Shown in pieces: positions 11,015-21,675 of a stretch of 64,000 nucleotides of DNA. The notes beneath the pieces are model-generated. The model was not told the DNA's origin. It ran no database searches and was given only the letters and a program-made list of their open reading frames with translations. The translations under genes and the position numbers were made by a program. Each line of letters starts with the position of its first letter. The stretch's first letter is position 1. Source of the stretch: an uncultured Acidobacteriota bacterium (GTDB lineage: Bacteria; Acidobacteriota; UBA6911; RPQK01; JAPXNP01); NCBI GenBank assembly GCA_963777605.1, contig CAVZRV010000030.1:64001-128000 (forward strand). Reading direction: 5' to 3'.

Positions 11015-11932
11015 ATGCTACGAAACGTCCTGTTGCGTGCTGCTTCCAGTCGTTCCCTGGTTTCCGTTTTCTCTTCCCTTGGCCGACACTCGGGGCTGTC
11101 AAAACGGTTCATCGCGGGTGAGACCCTGTCCGATTCCATCGCCGTCGTCCGTGAACTCGAGGAGAGAGGGCTTCTGACCACACTCGATCTCCTGGGGGAG
11201 AATACCAGCCAGGAAAACGCGGCCGTACAGGCAACCAGGAATTACATCGAACTGCTCCACGGGATCCGCCGGGGAGGGGTCGGGTCAACGATATCGATCA
11301 AGCTGACCCAGCTGGGTCTCGACATCGACGCGGAGCTCTGCTTCCAGAACCTCTGCCTTATTCTGCAGAAGGCAACCGAGTGCCGGAACTTCGTCCGAAT
11401 TGACATGGAGGGATCGCGATACACGGAATCGACTCTCGCACTCTATCGCCGCTCTTTCGATCGCTTCGGGCACGACCACGTGGGAATCGTGATTCAGGCC
11501 TATCTCCACCGTTCCGAACAGGACATTCGTGATCTGAGCGGACGGGGTTGCAATATTCGGTTGTGTAAGGGAGCCTACATGGAGCCTCCGGAGATCGCTT
11601 TCCCCGAGAAGGCGGACGTCGATCGGAATTTCTGCCACCTGGCCGACATCATGCTCGAATCCAGCGGTTACTCCGCCATTGCAACCCACGACGACCGGAT
11701 GATCGCCCACGTTGGTGCCTCGATTGAACGCCTGGGGCTGGAACCGGACCGCTACGAGTTTCAAATGCTTCTCGGCGTGCGAAGAGAGAAGCAGATCGAG
11801 CTCCTCGAAGAGGGATACAAGATGAAAGTCTATGTCCCGTTCGGTACTCAGTGGGCGCCCTATTTCATGCGGCGGTTGGCTGAAAGACCGGCAAACCTCC
11901 TGTTCCTCCTGCGGAACTTTTTCCGCAAGTGA
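11015..11932 (+). CDS. Monofunctional proline dehydrogenase
   Basis: RFIAGE, SIKLTQLG, RIDME, RLCKGAY, IATHD and YFMRRLAERPAN motifs. Confidence 0.93.
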   Translation: MLRNVLLRAASSRSLVSVFSSLGRHSGLSKRFIAGETLSDSIAVVRELEERGLLTTLDLLGENTSQENAAVQATRNYIELLHGIRRGGVGSTISIKLTQLGLDIDAELCFQNLCLILQKATECRNFVRIDMEGSRYTESTLALYRRSFDRFGHDHVGIVIQAYLHRSEQDIRDLSGRGCNIRLCKGAYMEPPEIAFPEKADVDRNFCHLADIMLESSGYSAIATHDDRMIAHVGASIERLGLEPDRYEFQMLLGVRREKQIELLEEGYKMKVYVPFGTQWAPYFMRRLAERPANLLFLLRNFFRK

Positions 11933-11945
11933 CGTTGAGGACGCT

Positions 11946-12827
11946 TTAAAGCCGGCTGGTCATACGGGAAAGGTACTTGCGCAAGGGGCGGAAATCCCCG
12001 AACTGGGCGTCGAACGCCAGGTCCTTCCAGTCGGAATAGCGCTCCTTCTCCCGGGCAGCAACGATTACCGGAATGCGATAGGCGGATGTTAATCGGCTGA
12101 AAGTGGCAATTTCTTCGCTGGTGACCGCATTTGGGTTCTCGCCCACGAAAATGCAGACCAGGTTGATGGGCTCAACCTCGACAATTTCCGACATGATCTG
12201 GAAAGACACTTCGTCACCCAGGTTGAGGGAATCCCAGCCTTCCACTTCCAGGAGCTGGCTCAAGACCGATACGGGAACCCGGGATCGCCTCGTCGGCGCA
12301 GCGCAAAGCGCCGTCTTGCCGTTGGTGTTGCGGCGAATGATCTTGGGGAAAAGGTGGAGGAGGGCGTCTTCGACGTTGTTGCGCACAAGGAGGGCCTGGC
12401 CTGACGAGAAAGTTCCTTCCCGGGTAGCTGCCGCAATCATGGCCGGCAGTGGAACCAGGATTTCCTCGTATATCTCTTCAAGTTGCATCCCTCGCAGGTA
12501 GAGTCGTTCGAGCAGGCACTTCACTTTGTTGCGTTGGTTGTGGCCGGCGAGATAACGAAGAAGGTTGCGGACCTTGGAAAAGTTCCGCGAGTTCAGCCAG
12601 ACTTCCAGTTCCGGGTCTTCCCACTCGTCGGTCGTCAAAAGTCCGGTCGCTTCAAACGAGCGGCTTTTCTGGAACTCACTGATATCTTCGAGTCGAAAAC
12701 GCCGATGGCCACCCGGCGTACGGTAGCAGCGCAAGCCGAAGTCATCAGCCCAGCGCTTGACCGTCGATTCGCTGACGTTCCACATTTGAGCGACTTCTCG
12801 CGTGGAATAGGTTCTCTCTCCGGTCAT
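11946..12827 (-). CDS. MerR/excisionase-type HTH regulator with degenerate B12-binding-like domains
   Basis: N-terminal STREVAQMWNVSESTVKRWAD...RTPGGHRRF; C-terminal helical cap plus Rossmann-like region (LEVEGWDSLNLG). Confidence 0.75.
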   Translation of the reverse strand: MTGERTYSTREVAQMWNVSESTVKRWADDFGLRCYRTPGGHRRFRLEDISEFQKSRSFEATGLLTTDEWEDPELEVWLNSRNFSKVRNLLRYLAGHNQRNKVKCLLERLYLRGMQLEEIYEEILVPLPAMIAAATREGTFSSGQALLVRNNVEDALLHLFPKIIRRNTNGKTALCAAPTRRSRVPVSVLSQLLEVEGWDSLNLGDEVSFQIMSEIVEVEPINLVCIFVGENPNAVTSEEIATFSRLTSAYRIPVIVAAREKERYSDWKDLAFDAQFGDFRPLRKYLSRMTSRL

Positions 12828-12922
12828 CCCTCTCCCAACCTGGCGACACACTCCAAAACCACCCGGATCATAACACGCGCCCGGTGCTGGCGAAAGGCGA
12901 AGATTGAGAGAAAGAGAAACAA

Positions 12923-14488
12923 TTACCGGGTGGACTCAAGGTCGTCAAAAACGTAGGCCAGACGGGCTTCTGCCCTCTGGCCTTCCCACTTCATCAGTTT
13001 GCATTTCAGTTCATTTCCCGGGCAAAGGATGCGAAGAAAGGTCAACTCCTTCTCCTCGCGGATCACCCGGTCCTCACGGCTGAAAATCTTGGTCCAGGTT
13101 CCCACGTTGAAGTAGCGGGCTCCGTCGTCCAGTTGCCAGATATCCGGTTCGTGCGTGTGTCCCATCACGACCACCCGGGCTCCCGTCTGCTTCCGGATTT
13201 CGGCCGCGACGCGTCGTAGCCCCAGTCTTTCGCGACCCGGGCGGCTTTCTCGTCGGATCCAGACGACGATCAGAATGAGTTCCAGCAGTGCCAGCCATCG
13301 AAAGGATTCCGACAATCGTGCACTCGGGGCCTTGCTGAGATCGAGGGCCGCACCGGATAGTGTTGCGGGGAAAAAGCCGCTCGCGATCGGCAGGAGGCCC
13401 TGAAGCAGGACGATCATGATGGGGAGGCAAAGAAGGAGGAGCAGGAATGGAGTTCGATACGGGCCGGTCACCATTCGCAGCCAGCGGTGGCTGTGCAGGC
13501 CGCGGCGCTGAAATATGGGCGTGGACCGCAAGTTATGGAGGGCTTCCAGAACTGACTCCCATTCTTCCTTAGAACGTCCGGGAAGCTTGTCAGAGAGATT
13601 CCGGGCGGTAGCCTGGAGGCGCTTTTGGTGGAGGCGGTCGCGAGACCGGTAAGACTCGGCGGTCTCACGCTGCCACTTATTCCGAAATCTGCGCAGCATT
13701 TCCCGACCGTCGGAAAGGAGAAAGCCGAGGGCCTTCAGGGGATGATGGGCTGCGACCCAGGCCACGTAGCGAGACGCGGGCTTGATGTTGTCGGCGAAAG
13801 GGGAGTCGGTTTCGACCCGGTTGAAAAGGTAGCGTACGAAAAGTGACCCGGGCGGAAGTTCGACCTCGCATCCGGCGGCACCGCCGTGACTGGAAGTTTC
13901 GGGAAGTCTGGGTTCGAGCATGCTGCGAAACGAGTTGAACCCGTCGTACTGGTTGCCGTGCTCGATATAGATTACTCCGTCGTAGTGGAACCACGGCCTG
14001 AACTCGACCCGGGCTGCCACCGTTTCGGGGGTCGTTCTGGCCTGGAAGGCGAGCTCTTCGACAAAGGCCTTTCGGACTTCGGGATAGTTGAGCTCGATGT
14101 CGTGGTTCCCGGTCACCAGGACGAGGCGGTGAGCCTGAACGAACTCCGCTAGTTTCTCGAAGAAGTCCGCGTGTCCTGCGATCACCTTCTTCAGCTTCCA
14201 GGCGCTTTCCTCTGGGCCTGCTTTCAGCCCGTACACCGAGTCGCTGCGAAGGCCTTCCAAGGTTTCTGGCTCTTCGTTAACCTGGAGCAGGTCCATGAAG
14301 TCCCCATCGATCACGAGCGTCCACTCGGTTCCGACCCACCGGGGATCGTTCATATGGTGATCGAGGAAGGCGCAGAACTCGTCGTCGAACAGAAAATCTT
14401 CGGTGCGAGAGATGTGTCCGGTTTCACTGTTGCGACCGGAGCTCAGGTGAAGGTCACTGACGATAAGCGTCCCTGGGCGTCGCAGCAT
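12923..14488 (-). CDS. Calcineurin-like metallophosphoesterase with internal hydrophobic segments
   Basis: SDLH, GDFMD, GNHD, EHG and GHTH motifs; two hydrophobic stretches before the last motif. Confidence 0.82.
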   Translation of the reverse strand: MLRRPGTLIVSDLHLSSGRNSETGHISRTEDFLFDDEFCAFLDHHMNDPRWVGTEWTLVIDGDFMDLLQVNEEPETLEGLRSDSVYGLKAGPEESAWKLKKVIAGHADFFEKLAEFVQAHRLVLVTGNHDIELNYPEVRKAFVEELAFQARTTPETVAARVEFRPWFHYDGVIYIEHGNQYDGFNSFRSMLEPRLPETSSHGGAAGCEVELPPGSLFVRYLFNRVETDSPFADNIKPASRYVAWVAAHHPLKALGFLLSDGREMLRRFRNKWQRETAESYRSRDRLHQKRLQATARNLSDKLPGRSKEEWESVLEALHNLRSTPIFQRRGLHSHRWLRMVTGPYRTPFLLLLLCLPIMIVLLQGLLPIASGFFPATLSGAALDLSKAPSARLSESFRWLALLELILIVVWIRRESRPGRERLGLRRVAAEIRKQTGARVVVMGHTHEPDIWQLDDGARYFNVGTWTKIFSREDRVIREEKELTFLRILCPGNELKCKLMKWEGQRAEARLAYVFDDLESTR

Positions 14489-14655
14489 CGGGCTCAATTA
14501 TAGGGCGCGCAGCGCCGCTGACAACCTCTCCCTCTGAAACTGGCCACGAGTTAACCTGGGCGCCGGCGCTCGCGTTTGCAGTCGGTGTGTCCAGGATCCA
14601 GCCGAAAGCCACGGGCTTCTGAGTTCCACCGATCGCCTGTATCTCGATCCAGACG

Positions 14656-14705
14656 CATCCAAATCGTCCAGGCTTTCCAACTCATCCCAAATGAAGTTTC
14701 AAGTT
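14656..14705 (-). repeat. Dispersed 50-nt intergenic repeat, copy A
   Basis: Reverse complement matches 46655-46704 at 41/50 positions without gaps (counted by hand). Confidence 0.75.
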
Positions 14706-14756
14706 AGTCGGGCCCCCGGCGGCGCCGGACCATTCGCAGAGTGAACCGGGTCCGCG

Positions 14757-14789
14757 AACCGGGGGCGCGGCTTCGCCTTACCCCCGGCT
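14757..14789. repeat. GC-rich REP-like hairpin
   Basis: CCGGGGG...CCCCCGG inverted repeat in an intergenic region. Confidence 0.4.
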
Positions 14790-14928
14790 CTGTGTCCGTG
14801 CCATTCCACGGTTCAAATGGACCAGGGTCCAAGCTTCCAGGTGAAGTTTTCAGGAAACCCTCAGACCGGGGGGCTCAAGAGTCTCCAGGTCGAGCCTCAC
14901 CGGGATCGGCAGCCGCCCACGAAAGGAG

Positions 14929-16115
14929 TCATCTCTTACGAAGCCTGCTCACGAACCGGGCCATGCGTTCCATGGCGATCTTGATGTTCTCAAGTGATGT
15001 CGAGAAGGAGCAGCGCACGAAGCCGGATCCACTTGCGCCAAAGGCTTCTCCCGGCACGACCGCCACCTGCTCCTCATGGAGGAACTGAAAGGCAAAGTCG
15101 CGAGAACTCAACCCCAGTTCGGAGACGTTGGGGAAGGCATAGAAGGCACCACGGGGATGGACCAGGGGCAACTCCATCTCGTTGAGCGCGTGGACCATGA
15201 AGTTCCGGTTCCGACGGAACAGGTCCCTGCAAGTCGGAGACATCTTTCTCTACCCGCTTGATTGCCTCCACGCCCGCAACCTGACTCAGGGTCGGTGCGC
15301 ACAGCATGGTGTACTGGTGAATCGTCATCATGGCATTGATCAGGTCTTTCGGACCACACGCGTAGCCGAGTCGAAAGCCGGTCATCGCCCAGGCTTTGGA
15401 AAAGCCATGGAGAAGAATCGTTCTCTCCCGCATTCCGGGCAGGGCGGCAATACTCTCGGTGGGATTCCTCGTAGCTCAATTCGGCGTATATCTCGTCGGT
15501 GATAACCAGGAGATCGTGGCCGCGAGCCAGGTCGGCAATATCCTGCAGATCCTGGCTGCTCAGAACGGCCCCGGTAGGGTTGTTCGGGAAATTGAGCATC
15601 AGGGCCTTGGTGCGAGGCGTTATCTGTGCCTCGATGGCGTCTGCCGTCAACCGAAAATTGTCCTCGAATCGGGTCTCTGCCACAACCGGGACGCCGTGGG
15701 CAAGCTGGATCACGGGACGGTAAGAGACGTAGCAGGGTTCGTGATAGACGATTTCGTCGCCGGGATCGATGATCGCCCGCAGCGCCAGGTCGACGGCCTC
15801 ACTGACCCCCGTGGTGACCAGGATCTCGTCCTGCGGGGAGTAGGGAATCCCGAAAAACTCGCCCGCGTATCGGGCAAGGGTCTGGCGCAGTTCCAGCAGG
15901 CCCAGGTTCGACGTGTAACCGGTAGCCCCCTTTTCCAAGGCGTAGATCGACATGTCCCGGATGTGCCAGGGAGTCTGGAACCCGGGCTCGCCCACGCCGA
16001 GACTAACGGTGTCGGGCATGGAACTGACGACGTCGAAGAAATCGCGAATGCCGGACTTCGGAATGTTGCGAACCGAGTCGGAGATGAAACTACGGGGTGA
16101 CTTTGAGCCGTTCAT
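14929..16115 (-). pseudogene. PLP-dependent class I/II aminotransferase (AlaT/YugH-like), two +1 frameshifts as assembled
   Basis: SLGVGEP, NFPNNPTG and ITDEIY in the first frame; GFSKAWAMTGFRLGY in a second; GAFYAFP and VVPGEAFG..GFVRCS in a third. Breaks near 15455 and 15229; may be intact in vivo. Confidence 0.85.
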
Positions 16116-16569
16116 ACTCGTCTGGGGGATCCATCAGCAGTCCCCGGTGCTTGTAGGTTTTCAGCATGAAATGGGTACAGGTGGAAGTGACTCCCTCGAG
16201 AGGGGCCAACTTGGCGCTGACAAAGGAGGCTACTTCCTGAAGTGTCCGGGCATCGACGAAGATCAGCAGATCAAAGGTGCCGGATATCAAATAGAGTGAT
16301 CGGACTTCAGGAAAGGCACCGACGCGGCGAGCCACCGTGTCAAAGCCACCTTTTCTTTCCGGGGTAACTTTGACCTCGATCAGAGCTGTGACCATGTCGC
16401 TGCGCGCCTTTTCCTCGTGAATAATCGCCTGGTACCCACGGATGACCCCGGTTCGTTCATACTCGGCGATCTTCGCCGCGACAACCTCAGCGGGTTGGTC
16501 CACCATCCGGGCGATGTTTTCCACCGACTCTCTGCCGTTCTGCTGCAAAATCTTCAGGATTTCGTCCAT
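16090..16569 (-). CDS. Lrp/AsnC family transcriptional regulator (AlaR/YugG-like)
   Basis: N-terminal HTH MDEILKILQQNGRES..GVIRGY; RAM domain YLISGTFDL..THFMLKTYK. Overlaps the aminotransferase start. Confidence 0.92.
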   Translation of the reverse strand: MDEILKILQQNGRESVENIARMVDQPAEVVAAKIAEYERTGVIRGYQAIIHEEKARSDMVTALIEVKVTPERKGGFDTVARRVGAFPEVRSLYLISGTFDLLIFVDARTLQEVASFVSAKLAPLEGVTSTCTHFMLKTYKHRGLLMDPPDEYERLKVTP

Positions 16570-16736
16570 TGTTCGATTCCCTTGTTGACTCGGGCCACTA
16601 GTGGTTCGGGAACGGACCACAAGGGTAGCACAGACAGCGTGGATCGCCGTGTGGGCCGGGTTTCGGCGGGGCGAAGCCGGCGAAAGCGGATGGGACTTTG
16701 CCAAACGGATCGAAACCGTTCAAAATGTGGCGCTGC

Positions 16737-17510
16737 ATGGAAAAATCAATTCTTCTCGAAATAATCGCTGCTTCACTCGACGATGCCAGAGCCGCTGTTG
16801 AAGGCGGCGCCGACCGGCTGGAACTTTGCAGCGCCCTGGCCCAGGGCGGGTTGACGCCCTCGTTGGGAACGCTGGAAGCCATCAAGGCAGAACTCGACGT
16901 TCGGGTCATGTGCATGGTCCGGCCCCGCGAGGGAGGCATGGCTTACAGCGAAGGCGAATTCGCGGTCATGCTGCGCGATGCCGAGCATCTCCTCAAGTCA
17001 GGTGCGGACGGGCTGGTTTTCGGGTTTCTTTCTACCGACGGCGAAGTGGATATCGACCGCTCCCGGAAATTCCTGGACAAGGTCGCCGACGTTGCCCAGG
17101 GAAGACCCGTGGAAACGGTTTTCCACCGCGCCTTCGACGTCGTGGGCCATCCCGAGCGGGCGCTTGAAGAGATCGTCAATCTGGGAATCACGCGGATCCT
17201 GACTTCCGGCCGCGCTCCGGAGGCGATCGACGGCACTGCCGAGATCCGAAGCTACGTCGAACAGGCCAAGGGCCGAATCCAGATCCTTCCAGGCGGTGGA
17301 ATCGATCTCTTTTCGGTGGAGCGGGTTGTGACCGAGTCGGGTGTTGACCAGGTCCATCTCTACCTGACGGACGAGTTGGAAGACCGTTCGGTGACTCGAA
17401 ATCCGCGAATCTACTTCGGTGCCCACGTGCCGTCATCCGAACTCGAAGTTCGCAGAGTCTCTCCCGACAGGGTTCGCCGGGTGCGTTCGATTCTGAATCG
17501 AATCAACTGA
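16737..17510 (+). CDS. cutC: Copper homeostasis protein CutC family
   Basis: GADRLELC, GGLTPS, MVRPREG, FHRAFD, RILTSG and PGGG motifs. Confidence 0.93.
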   Translation: MEKSILLEIIAASLDDARAAVEGGADRLELCSALAQGGLTPSLGTLEAIKAELDVRVMCMVRPREGGMAYSEGEFAVMLRDAEHLLKSGADGLVFGFLSTDGEVDIDRSRKFLDKVADVAQGRPVETVFHRAFDVVGHPERALEEIVNLGITRILTSGRAPEAIDGTAEIRSYVEQAKGRIQILPGGGIDLFSVERVVTESGVDQVHLYLTDELEDRSVTRNPRIYFGAHVPSSELEVRRVSPDRVRRVRSILNRIN

Positions 17511-17517
17511 TCCGGAT

Positions 17518-19767
17518 TCAGTTGAGCAGGTCGAACATCTTGGAGAACTTGACGATGAGGCTTCGCTCGCCTTGGAAATCGGAGAACTCGAAGCCCCGCG
17601 TGTCGTTGTAAACCACGAACAGGCCGGTGTTGGCTGCCTGCAGCCAGGCGAACCGAAGGTTCGTGGACCAGACCTCGTCCAGGTCGTTGTACTGGATCAG
17701 TGTCTGCACGAAGATGCGGGGCGTGAACGAGTAGGAGATGCGGGCGCGACTCAGGTTGACCGTGAAGTCTCCGCTCGGCAGACTGATATCGTTGCGGCTC
17801 CAGCCGATTTGGGTGTTGAGGCGGTCGCCGAGTCTCATTCGCACGGAAGGTTCCGTGGCCAGGCGGTCGCCGCCGAAGAACCCCCCGATGTGGGACTCGA
17901 TTCGCCCGCTCAGCCAGGCGCCCTCATCGCTGAACGCCACCAGTTGGGCCTCTTGGTTGTCGTAGGTACCCGGGGGGACGAAGATCCCGGGGTAGATTTC
18001 GAATGGCTCCAGGACTCCTTCCCGCGTGAAGTTGATCCCGGTGTGGACCGACGCCCCGCTTTTCCACTCCCAATGGTTGTCGACGTGGAGGTAACCGGTT
18101 TCCTGGAACCCTTCGAAATCCCAGTAGCCACGGTAACTGACGTGTGGGCGGAGTTCGTGCAGGCCCAGGAAATGCGCCGGCCGATACCGATAGAGGACCA
18201 TCCAGTCGGCTTTTCGGAAGCTCTCCCGCCGCAGGAAACCGACTTCAGGATTGAAGTTCTCCCCCACCTCCGTGTAGTGGGCCGAAAGTGACCAGGCCTG
18301 GGAGTCATACTCCGATCCGAACCGGAAAGCCTGTTGGCTGGAGTCCATCCCCGGAGTCGAAGTCTTGGCGATGAAGCCGGAAACCTGTCCGTATTCTCCG
18401 ATTCCCCACTTGCCGTCGAAGCCGTAAGTCCGGTTGTAGTCCTCCGCAGCCGCAAACTGGCCGGTGCCCTGGCGGTTGATAAAGATTCCGCCCATAGATG
18501 AGCGGTTGCGCATTTCCCGGTTCACTCGAACCACCGTGAAATTGTTGGCGGGAGCGACGTTCTCCATCCCCTGGGTCTGCATGTTCAGCAGGCCGATGTT
18601 GGTCTTCTCGCCGATCCTTCCCGAGAGACGTCCTCCTCCGACGATTGGGATCACCTCGCCGTCGGGGCCAAGGCCGATCCGGCGACTGAAAAAGAGTTCC
18701 ACCTCTCCAGGCGATCCGACGGAGAAAAGGCCGGCGTTTTCAAGGAAGAACGGCCGCTTCTCGGGGTAGAAGAGGTTGAACCGGTCCAGATTGATCTGCT
18801 CTTCGTCCACTTCCACCTGGGCAAAGTCTGTGTTGACGGTTCCGTCCAGCGTCAGGCTCGGAGTGAAATTGTATTTCACGTCGAACCCGCCGTTGCCAAG
18901 CCAGTTGGTACGCGAAGGTTCCGAGCGATTGCGCAGTTCGCCGAGTATGTAGGGGGTTAGCTGAAGGTTCTTCTGATCAGGGATTTCCAGCCCGGTAATG
19001 GTGCCGGCCATCGAGAGGCGGTAGATGTTGAACTGCCGGGGCAGGGGAGCCCAGTAAGCGCGCTCGTTCCGTCTCCGAATGTTGCGCTGGAAGTTGACCC
19101 CCCAGGTCTGCTCTTCGGCACTTCGGAAGCGGACTGTCCGGAACGGTATCGCGAACTCGGCACTCCACCCGAAGTCGCCGATCAGGGTTTTGACCTGCCA
19201 GGACCCGTCCCAGTTCAGGTTGAAGCCACCGCCCGAGCCGGCAGTCTGGCGGCTCCCGAGGCCGGTTGTCCCCTGTCCTTCCCTGGAGACCTGTCCGTCG
19301 TACTCGATGCCGGCCGGATTGGTTCCGAACAGGAACCCGTTCTGGCGGTCGAGGTAGGTGTCGAGAATCACTTGAAAGCTGTCGGTCTCATCCAGCGGGG
19401 AATCCCTGCGGCTGTCGGAGATGATGATCTGGGATGGATCGCGGTCGTAGCAGACGACCCCGATGTAGAGATTCTCGCGATCGTGGAGGATCCGAACGAC
19501 CGTCTTCTCGCTCGACGGACGTCCCTCGTCGGGCTGAGTCTGCCAGAAGTCGGTAATCTCGCCGGCCCCATTCCAAGCCGGGTCCGAGAGAACGTCTCCG
19601 TCGATTTGAGGAGCCTGGTCGGTAGTGGTGACCTCAGCCGCCGGGGGAGTCGTGGGCGGAAGGGTCGGGGCGATCTGCCCCAGCGTGATCCGGACCACGA
19701 GAAAGAGCACGACAAAGCTCAATAACAGGCGATAAGCGTTCTGAAGTGTTCCCGGTCGAATCATCAT
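17518..19767 (-). CDS. Exported DUF5916-type protein (CBM9-like N-domain plus probable outer-membrane beta-barrel)
   Basis: Signal peptide, IDGDVLSD..W, GWSAEFAIPF, NTDFAQVEVD, EKRPFFLE and LFFSRRIG. Confidence 0.8.
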   Translation of the reverse strand: MMIRPGTLQNAYRLLLSFVVLFLVVRITLGQIAPTLPPTTPPAAEVTTTDQAPQIDGDVLSDPAWNGAGEITDFWQTQPDEGRPSSEKTVVRILHDRENLYIGVVCYDRDPSQIIISDSRRDSPLDETDSFQVILDTYLDRQNGFLFGTNPAGIEYDGQVSREGQGTTGLGSRQTAGSGGGFNLNWDGSWQVKTLIGDFGWSAEFAIPFRTVRFRSAEEQTWGVNFQRNIRRRNERAYWAPLPRQFNIYRLSMAGTITGLEIPDQKNLQLTPYILGELRNRSEPSRTNWLGNGGFDVKYNFTPSLTLDGTVNTDFAQVEVDEEQINLDRFNLFYPEKRPFFLENAGLFSVGSPGEVELFFSRRIGLGPDGEVIPIVGGGRLSGRIGEKTNIGLLNMQTQGMENVAPANNFTVVRVNREMRNRSSMGGIFINRQGTGQFAAAEDYNRTYGFDGKWGIGEYGQVSGFIAKTSTPGMDSSQQAFRFGSEYDSQAWSLSAHYTEVGENFNPEVGFLRRESFRKADWMVLYRYRPAHFLGLHELRPHVSYRGYWDFEGFQETGYLHVDNHWEWKSGASVHTGINFTREGVLEPFEIYPGIFVPPGTYDNQEAQLVAFSDEGAWLSGRIESHIGGFFGGDRLATEPSVRMRLGDRLNTQIGWSRNDISLPSGDFTVNLSRARISYSFTPRIFVQTLIQYNDLDEVWSTNLRFAWLQAANTGLFVVYNDTRGFEFSDFQGERSLIVKFSKMFDLLN

Positions 19768-19824
19768 CTCAGAACGGGCCGTGCGTCTTCGTCGCGGTCG
19801 TTCGAGACCGTTCCAGGTTGATCC

Positions 19825-20862
19825 TCAAGGCAGTTCCGCCAGTTTAACCGGGCGGCCCTCAGCGGCGGACAGGTCCGCTGCAAAGGCGACCCGGTGAGTT
19901 TCATACCCCGACTGAAAGTCGGTGAGGGGCATCGGCTCACCCTGCGCGAGACTGTCGATGAAGGCCTGAAACTGGGGCTGGTAGGGATGGTCAACCACGT
20001 CGCCCGAGTCGATCAGTGCCGTTTCGAGCGTGCTCCACTTCTCCTTTAGCAGGCCGTCCAAACGAGCCGAATAGAAGCGGTTGTCGAGCAGGCTGCCCTG
20101 GCTGCCGACGAGGTGCAAGTGGAAGTAGTAGGGCTGCAGGCAGTCAATCGAGGAGGCCACCTTTCCGACCGCGCCGTTGGCGAACTTCAGGATGGTGACG
20201 CTGGTGGTGTCGTACTCGTAAGGACGAAAGATCTCGCTTCCTGATCGGCTGGCGTAGCTGGTCACCTCCTCGACCTCGGAATCCATGAAAAAGAGCAATG
20301 AGTCGAGTGCGTGGCATCCGGCAGTCAGGAGGCTGCTGCCTCCCATGTCCTTCTTGATGTTCCACTCATACTGGCCGTACCAGGGGCCGATCCCGTGATA
20401 GTAGTCGACCTCGGCATAGTGGAGGTTCCCGAGCAAGTCCGCGTCGATAACCGATTTCACCATGCTGAAGTGCTTGCTGTAGCGGCACTCAAAGCAGACA
20501 CAGGTTCCTACCCCGGATTGTTCGACCACTTCCTTGACCCGTCGGGCGTTCTGGTAATCGATCGAAATCGGCTTTTCGATGATCAGGTGCTTTCCGGCCC
20601 GGGCGGCGGCGATGGCCTGTTCCGGATGGAGCGGATGGGGAGTGCAGATGTCGATGATGTCAATCTCGGGGTCGGAGACCATCTTTTCGAAATCGGAATA
20701 GGCCTTCAGCGGAGTGCCGAAACGCTGTTCCAGTTCAGATTCGTCGAGGTCCCGCCTCGAGCAGACCGCGGTTACCCGGGCGCCTTCAACTGACTTGAAT
20801 GTTTCGATATGAGCTCCGGCTACCCAGCCGAGGCCGACAATTCCTATATTGAATTCCTTCAT
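19825..20862 (-). CDS. Gfo/Idh/MocA family oxidoreductase
   Basis: [19 protein letters not shown] and [14 protein letters not shown]; SD GGAGG upstream. Confidence 0.92.
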   Translation of the reverse strand: MKEFNIGIVGLGWVAGAHIETFKSVEGARVTAVCSRRDLDESELEQRFGTPLKAYSDFEKMVSDPEIDIIDICTPHPLHPEQAIAAARAGKHLIIEKPISIDYQNARRVKEVVEQSGVGTCVCFECRYSKHFSMVKSVIDADLLGNLHYAEVDYYHGIGPWYGQYEWNIKKDMGGSSLLTAGCHALDSLLFFMDSEVEEVTSYASRSGSEIFRPYEYDTTSVTILKFANGAVGKVASSIDCLQPYYFHLHLVGSQGSLLDNRFYSARLDGLLKEKWSTLETALIDSGDVVDHPYQPQFQAFIDSLAQGEPMPLTDFQSGYETHRVAFAADLSAAEGRPVKLAELP

Positions 20863-21019
20863 CGCTGCTGTTACCTCCGGGAGCATTCTAAACTGGTTGC
20901 GGCAGACAAACCTGCGCCATTCTAACCGGAACCAGCGAGTGGCGAAAGGCGGGTCTGCAAATCGGCGGGGTGCACAATCTGGCGCGGAGTGGAAAAGGCG
21001 GTGATAATGGTCAATTGTT

Positions 21020-21616
21020 ATGAAGCAGTGGGAAAGTGTCGGCGATCAGTTCACGCAGCACCTTGAAGATCTGGTCCTTTCCGATGGGACGAGGATTCGG
21101 CTTCGCTCGCTGGAACGGTCGGACCGGGCCGAAATCGCTCACGGATTTGAGCGCCTCTCTTCGTCCTCCCGATACATGCGCTTCCTGACTCCGAAGCAGT
21201 TTCTCTCGGACGAAGATCTGAGTTTTCTGACCGAACTGGATGGATTCAACCACGTCGGGCTGGTGGCGATGCGGCTGGACCGGGACGGGTCCGAGGTTGA
21301 TGGGATCGGGATTGCCCGCTTTCTCCGTCTTCCCGGCGAGCCCGATGTGGCCGAACCGGCCGTCACCGTCATTGATGAGATGCAGGGGCGGGGAATTGGC
21401 AGTCTCCTGCTCTCCCGCCTGGCGAAAGCGGCCGTGGAGAGGGGGATTTGCCGGTTCCGTTCCTATCTTCTTTCGGAGAATTACCGGGGCGAGGAGATGA
21501 TTCGCAAGCTTTTTCCCCGTGTTCATTTCGAGATTCGCAGCGAGGTCGTGGTGGCCGATTTCCCCCTCTGCGGGGATGAACCATTTCCAGCCAGTCGATT
21601 CACCAAGCCGGGCTAG
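21020..21616 (+). CDS. GNAT family N-acetyltransferase
   Basis: [16 protein letters not shown] and [20 protein letters not shown] (acetyl-CoA motif A). Confidence 0.88.
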   Translation: MKQWESVGDQFTQHLEDLVLSDGTRIRLRSLERSDRAEIAHGFERLSSSSRYMRFLTPKQFLSDEDLSFLTELDGFNHVGLVAMRLDRDGSEVDGIGIARFLRLPGEPDVAEPAVTVIDEMQGRGIGSLLLSRLAKAAVERGICRFRSYLLSENYRGEEMIRKLFPRVHFEIRSEVVVADFPLCGDEPFPASRFTKPG

Positions 21617-21675
21617 TGTCCTGCCACGCATCATATGCCTTCTCATCATTTGGGAATCGCTGTTAGAATCCCACT

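Noticed and set aside
16570-16640. tRNA suggested by GTTCGATTCC
   Set aside because: No cloverleaf can be formed; it is the antisense of the Lrp gene's ribosome-binding region.
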